A DNA stretch of 64,000 nt from Octopus sinensis. Lineage: Eukaryota. Under the pieces are notes generated by a model. It saw nothing but the letters and a program-made list of their open reading frames with translations, made no database searches and had not been told where the DNA came from. This document shows, one piece after another, positions 60,501 to 64,000 of the stretch (its first letter is position 1; each line of letters opens with the position of its first letter). The position numbers and the translations under genes are program-made. The stretch covers positions 133,858,001 to 133,922,000 of the forward strand of contig NC_043000.1 in NCBI RefSeq assembly GCF_006345805.1, given 5' to 3'.

Positions 60501-60693
60501 CGACTGATAGAATAAGTGCCAGGTTTAAAATTTAAAACACTTTATAATGGAAGGCAAGGTTTACGATATCGGAAAAATATCATCTCCTTCCATCATCCTT
60601 TTTTTTTTCTCTATGTAGTTCAGGCTTCCGGCAGGCGAAGAGAGAAAACTTCAAGTACAAATGCTATTTACAACTGATTTATTTACAGGATTC

Positions 60694-61073
60694 GGAGGCG
60701 CAATGGCCCAGTGGTTAGGGCAGCGGACTCGCGGTCATAGGATCGCGGTTTCGATTCCCAGACCGGGCGTTGTAAGTGTTTATTGAGCGAAAACACCTAA
60801 AGCTCCACGAGGCTCCGGCAGGGATGGTGGTGATCCCTGCTGTACTCTTTCACCACAACTTTCTCTCACTCTTACTTCCTGTTTCTGTTGTACCTGTATT
60901 TCAAAGGGCTGGCCTTGTCACTCTCTGTGTCACGCTGAATATCCCCGAGAACTACGTTAAGGATACACGTGTCTGTGGAGTGCTCAGCCACTTACACGTT
61001 AATTTCACGAGCAGGCTGTTCCGTTGATTCGGATCAACCGGGACCCTCATCCTCGTAACCGACGGAGTGCTTC
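60694..61073 (+). mobile_element. tRNA-derived SINE family D (head GGAGGCGCAATGGCCCAGTGGTTAGGGCAGCGGACTCGCGG), TSD TTACAGGATTC
   Basis: TSD at 60683-60693 and 61081-61091; other copies 11111-11480, ~55590-55884, and an alternative-tail variant 59182-59468. Confidence 0.9.
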
Positions 61074-63545
61074 CATCTACTTACAGGATTCATAGGATAG
61101 GTGAAGTGTGCTACTCTCAGCTACCATCTTTAGCTGTGTGCGTTGTGTAGTAAGTAGCTCCGTTAGTGCGGACACATTGCCTCTGAAGATACAACATATA
61201 GACAGGTCCAGCCAGTGGTGGTGTTCATGGCACCAAAAAGAGAGAGATAAGACTCAGGTTTTCCTTTTATATAGTTTTCGATCGCGAGCCTCATTGTGAT
61301 CTTGCGCATGGCAAATGGATGCAGGTGAGGTTTCGCTCCAGTCTCAGAGATGGCAGTGGCTTCCGCGAGATCTCATCCAATATGGCGCTGGCTGCTTGTG
61401 CCATTACAACTTCAAGGTGGTACGCCCGCGTGGCCGCAATCCAATGATTGAAACACATAAAAATAATCCTTTCGTTTTATAGGGCTCAGTGAATAGGTGT
61501 TAGATTCCTGTAAAAGAAATCACTCGTTGAGTGTTATTCTTGGTCAGAAAAGATCAAGAAACAGGCAACGCCCGCGTTACGACTACATCAGGTTACAGAA
61601 TATCGTGCTTAAGGAAACTTCGTGATATGGTTTCTAATTTCACTCCCACGAAAATTAGGATACATTTTAACAATTTAAAAGCCACATTTTCTTAACTAAA
61701 AATCACTGGTATTTTTGGTTATCTCACCCACCCACCCTAAAAAATTGGGTTATCCCCCTCAACTAAAAAATTGTTTGACCCTCAATGAAACAAAAAAAAT
61801 TGAAAAACTTAATAAACATGAAAAGCGAAACGATTAAACGTCTTATTAAATCTGATAACATTTTTATTAAAAAATCATTTAAAACTGAAAAAATAAATAA
61901 ACATTAAACATCTAATAACATTTTTATAACAAATCATACCATGCCTATTGAGGTGGCCAAAGTGAATATGTGTTTAGGTATTGAATCAAAAGGATCTAAC
62001 CCTTTTAATCCAATCTCTTGTCGCCATATAAACTCAATTTTTTAATGGTGATTTTTTTAATGGGGTTGAGAGAACCAAAAAGTACTAAACCACTTACCGG
62101 AGTTTCAGCTCAATTCAAATTACAGTTAACAATATAAAAATATATAACTATAACCACATAATAATCCTTTGTACTGAAGGTATAAGGCCACAAATTTGTG
62201 AGATGGGAACTACTCGATTACATCGACCCCAGTGCGCAACAAGTACTTAATTTATCGACTCCGAAAGGAGGAAAGGCAAAGTCGACCTCGGCGGAATTTG
62301 AACTCAGAACGTAGCGATGGACGAAATACCGCTAAACATTTCGTCCATCGTGCTAACGATTCTACCAGCTCGCCGCCTTACACACGCACATAATGAAACG
62401 AAATTGTTGTATACAGTGCTCAGGTGCACAACAACTAAAAAACAAAAACAAAGAAAAAAGGAAAAAGTGTAGCTTCAGGAGTACCGTCGGCGAATTTCTA
62501 GAAAAAGGCGGGGTGGTCACGGCTAAAAAAACACCCTTGGTTATTGATTTATTCAAAAATGCCTGATCTGGGGATAAACCTGATCAATTACATTTGTTTT
62601 TGTATTTTTCTTATTTTCTTTCTTCTTTTTGCTTTCTTTTTAAATATATTATTCTTAGGTCAGATTCGTGATCAACTCACCGTATTTTACAAAAAGCAAA
62701 AATATTTGATTAAAAAAGACGTATGCAACATTTGTTTTAACCAAGATAAGAAATACTCTCGGGGGCCTTCTCGATTCAACAATTATAATATCAACACTTT
62801 AGCGTTTTTCTCGTCGCAAACAATCACGTGACTAGCTTTCTGGATGCTTACTCATGAAGTCATGAAGAAATGACATCTCTAATTATCTATTTGATATTAC
62901 ATATCAGCAAACTCTGTATTGTACACATCACTCGTTTGTTTTATTTTCTCATTTTGATATTTACAGAAAATCGTCACATCCCTACAAGCGTTATTGAATA
63001 ATTCAGCAAATCAGAGGAAATGGAAATACATTTTGGAATTCCCCGAAGTAGCATTCTTCAACTGCAGATATTTGTCATGTCTTTGTTGTTTAATCCCAGT
63101 TCAACGATGCTTAAGCAGATCAATGATCGAAAGTGTTCTACACATGACCATCATGTACTCTTATGAATTTCCGAAGCTACATGGTCATTGGAAATAAACA
63201 TTTTTGTGAAATGTATTGAAACTAACCCTATCTTCGCCTAAACATGGAGAAATCGCTGAGAAAAGTCATTCGAAGTATGAGAAGTGGAAGGATTGATTAA
63301 TTTATGTGGTTGTGGCTATAAGAATACTTCGTCGGTTACCAATTGTTGTTTGGAAGTTGAGAGTTCCATTGTTCCTGGAATGAGTTAACGGATAGTTTTC
63401 TGAAAGCTGCGTATAATAACTAGACAACACCAAGCAAGCATTTAAAAATGATCTATTACACCGCACTAGTCATAAAAAGATGTTCATGCATTATTATTTA
63501 CATATAGAACCAGCAAGATGAAAATAGCGTAATACAGCATGCGGA

Positions 63546-63985
63546 TCTTTTCACTTTAACGGGCAGATTTAAAAAATAATTTTTTGTAACTAAACACTTT
63601 TAAACTTCGTATACTGGTAGAATGTGTCACATAAAACGTCTTTTTCTCTTGGCGTTCTTGAGAAAATTATGTGGTTTGTAAGCTATTTCTTGTTTAATTT
63701 CTTGTATTTCGGCAATTTCAACCAATCAATGACGTCTATTGAGGTGAATACAATTACTGCTGTTGCTTGCCAACAAGTTCAACAACAACTTCCGGCGGTA
63801 TCTGACACTAAATGAGGGAACGGTTTTGTTATCCAGCTCTGTTTACGAGTGACCCTCAGTTTATGGCCACAAAATGTTTATATTTGCAGCTTATTTACAT
63901 TTCTGAAGAATAAAGATGCCCTTCCCCCACCCCTAACCCTAACCCCACATATATAAAAAAATAAAATTTTTATGGAAAGTGACGA
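63546..63985 (+). mobile_element. Unclassified dispersed repeat (probably DNA transposon); 5' ~170 bp also present at 28117-28272
   Basis: ATCTTTTCAYTTT.AC.GGCAGATTT...TTTCGGCAATT aligns at both loci; contains CCCTAACCCTAACCC near 63930. Confidence 0.6.
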
Positions 63986-64000
63986 TCTTCTTCTTCAAAT

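Noticed and set aside
63925-63946. CCCTAACCCTAACCC telomere-like motif
   Set aside because: Only ~2.5 units, inside a dispersed repeat; not a telomere or fusion signature.

Overview
AT-rich, repeat-dense animal genomic DNA. The SINE/RTE repeat families look like those I associate with Octopus (coleoid cephalopod); this is inferred from recognition, not a search. No long intact host ORF is present and nearly all ORF-track entries are microsatellite or TE artefacts. The left ~41 kb appears to be the body of at least one minus-strand, many-small-exon gene. It has putative 5'UTR exons near 40.5-40.9 kb, a candidate start exon at 38.5 kb and phase-compatible coding exons at 27.7/27.5/24.4 kb, with more candidates down to ~4.6 kb. 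The product is unidentified; there is a weak, unverified resemblance to Zwilch. That side is CpG-depleted. The right ~23 kb is CpG-richer, apparently intergenic, and holds the best-preserved TEs: a full-length mariner nested in two SINEs, RTE and CR1-group LINE remnants, Helitron/Helentron-type non-autonomous elements and MITEs. The most interesting observation is an ORF1-only (HAL1-like) L1/Tx1-type retroelement inserted in a HINE. Its 3' tail (GCCCCTTGTGGGTAATAAAGAAATA) is shared with a local SINE family and, more loosely, with two other retro-fragments, suggesting a LINE-partner/SINE system with a common 3' recognition motif.
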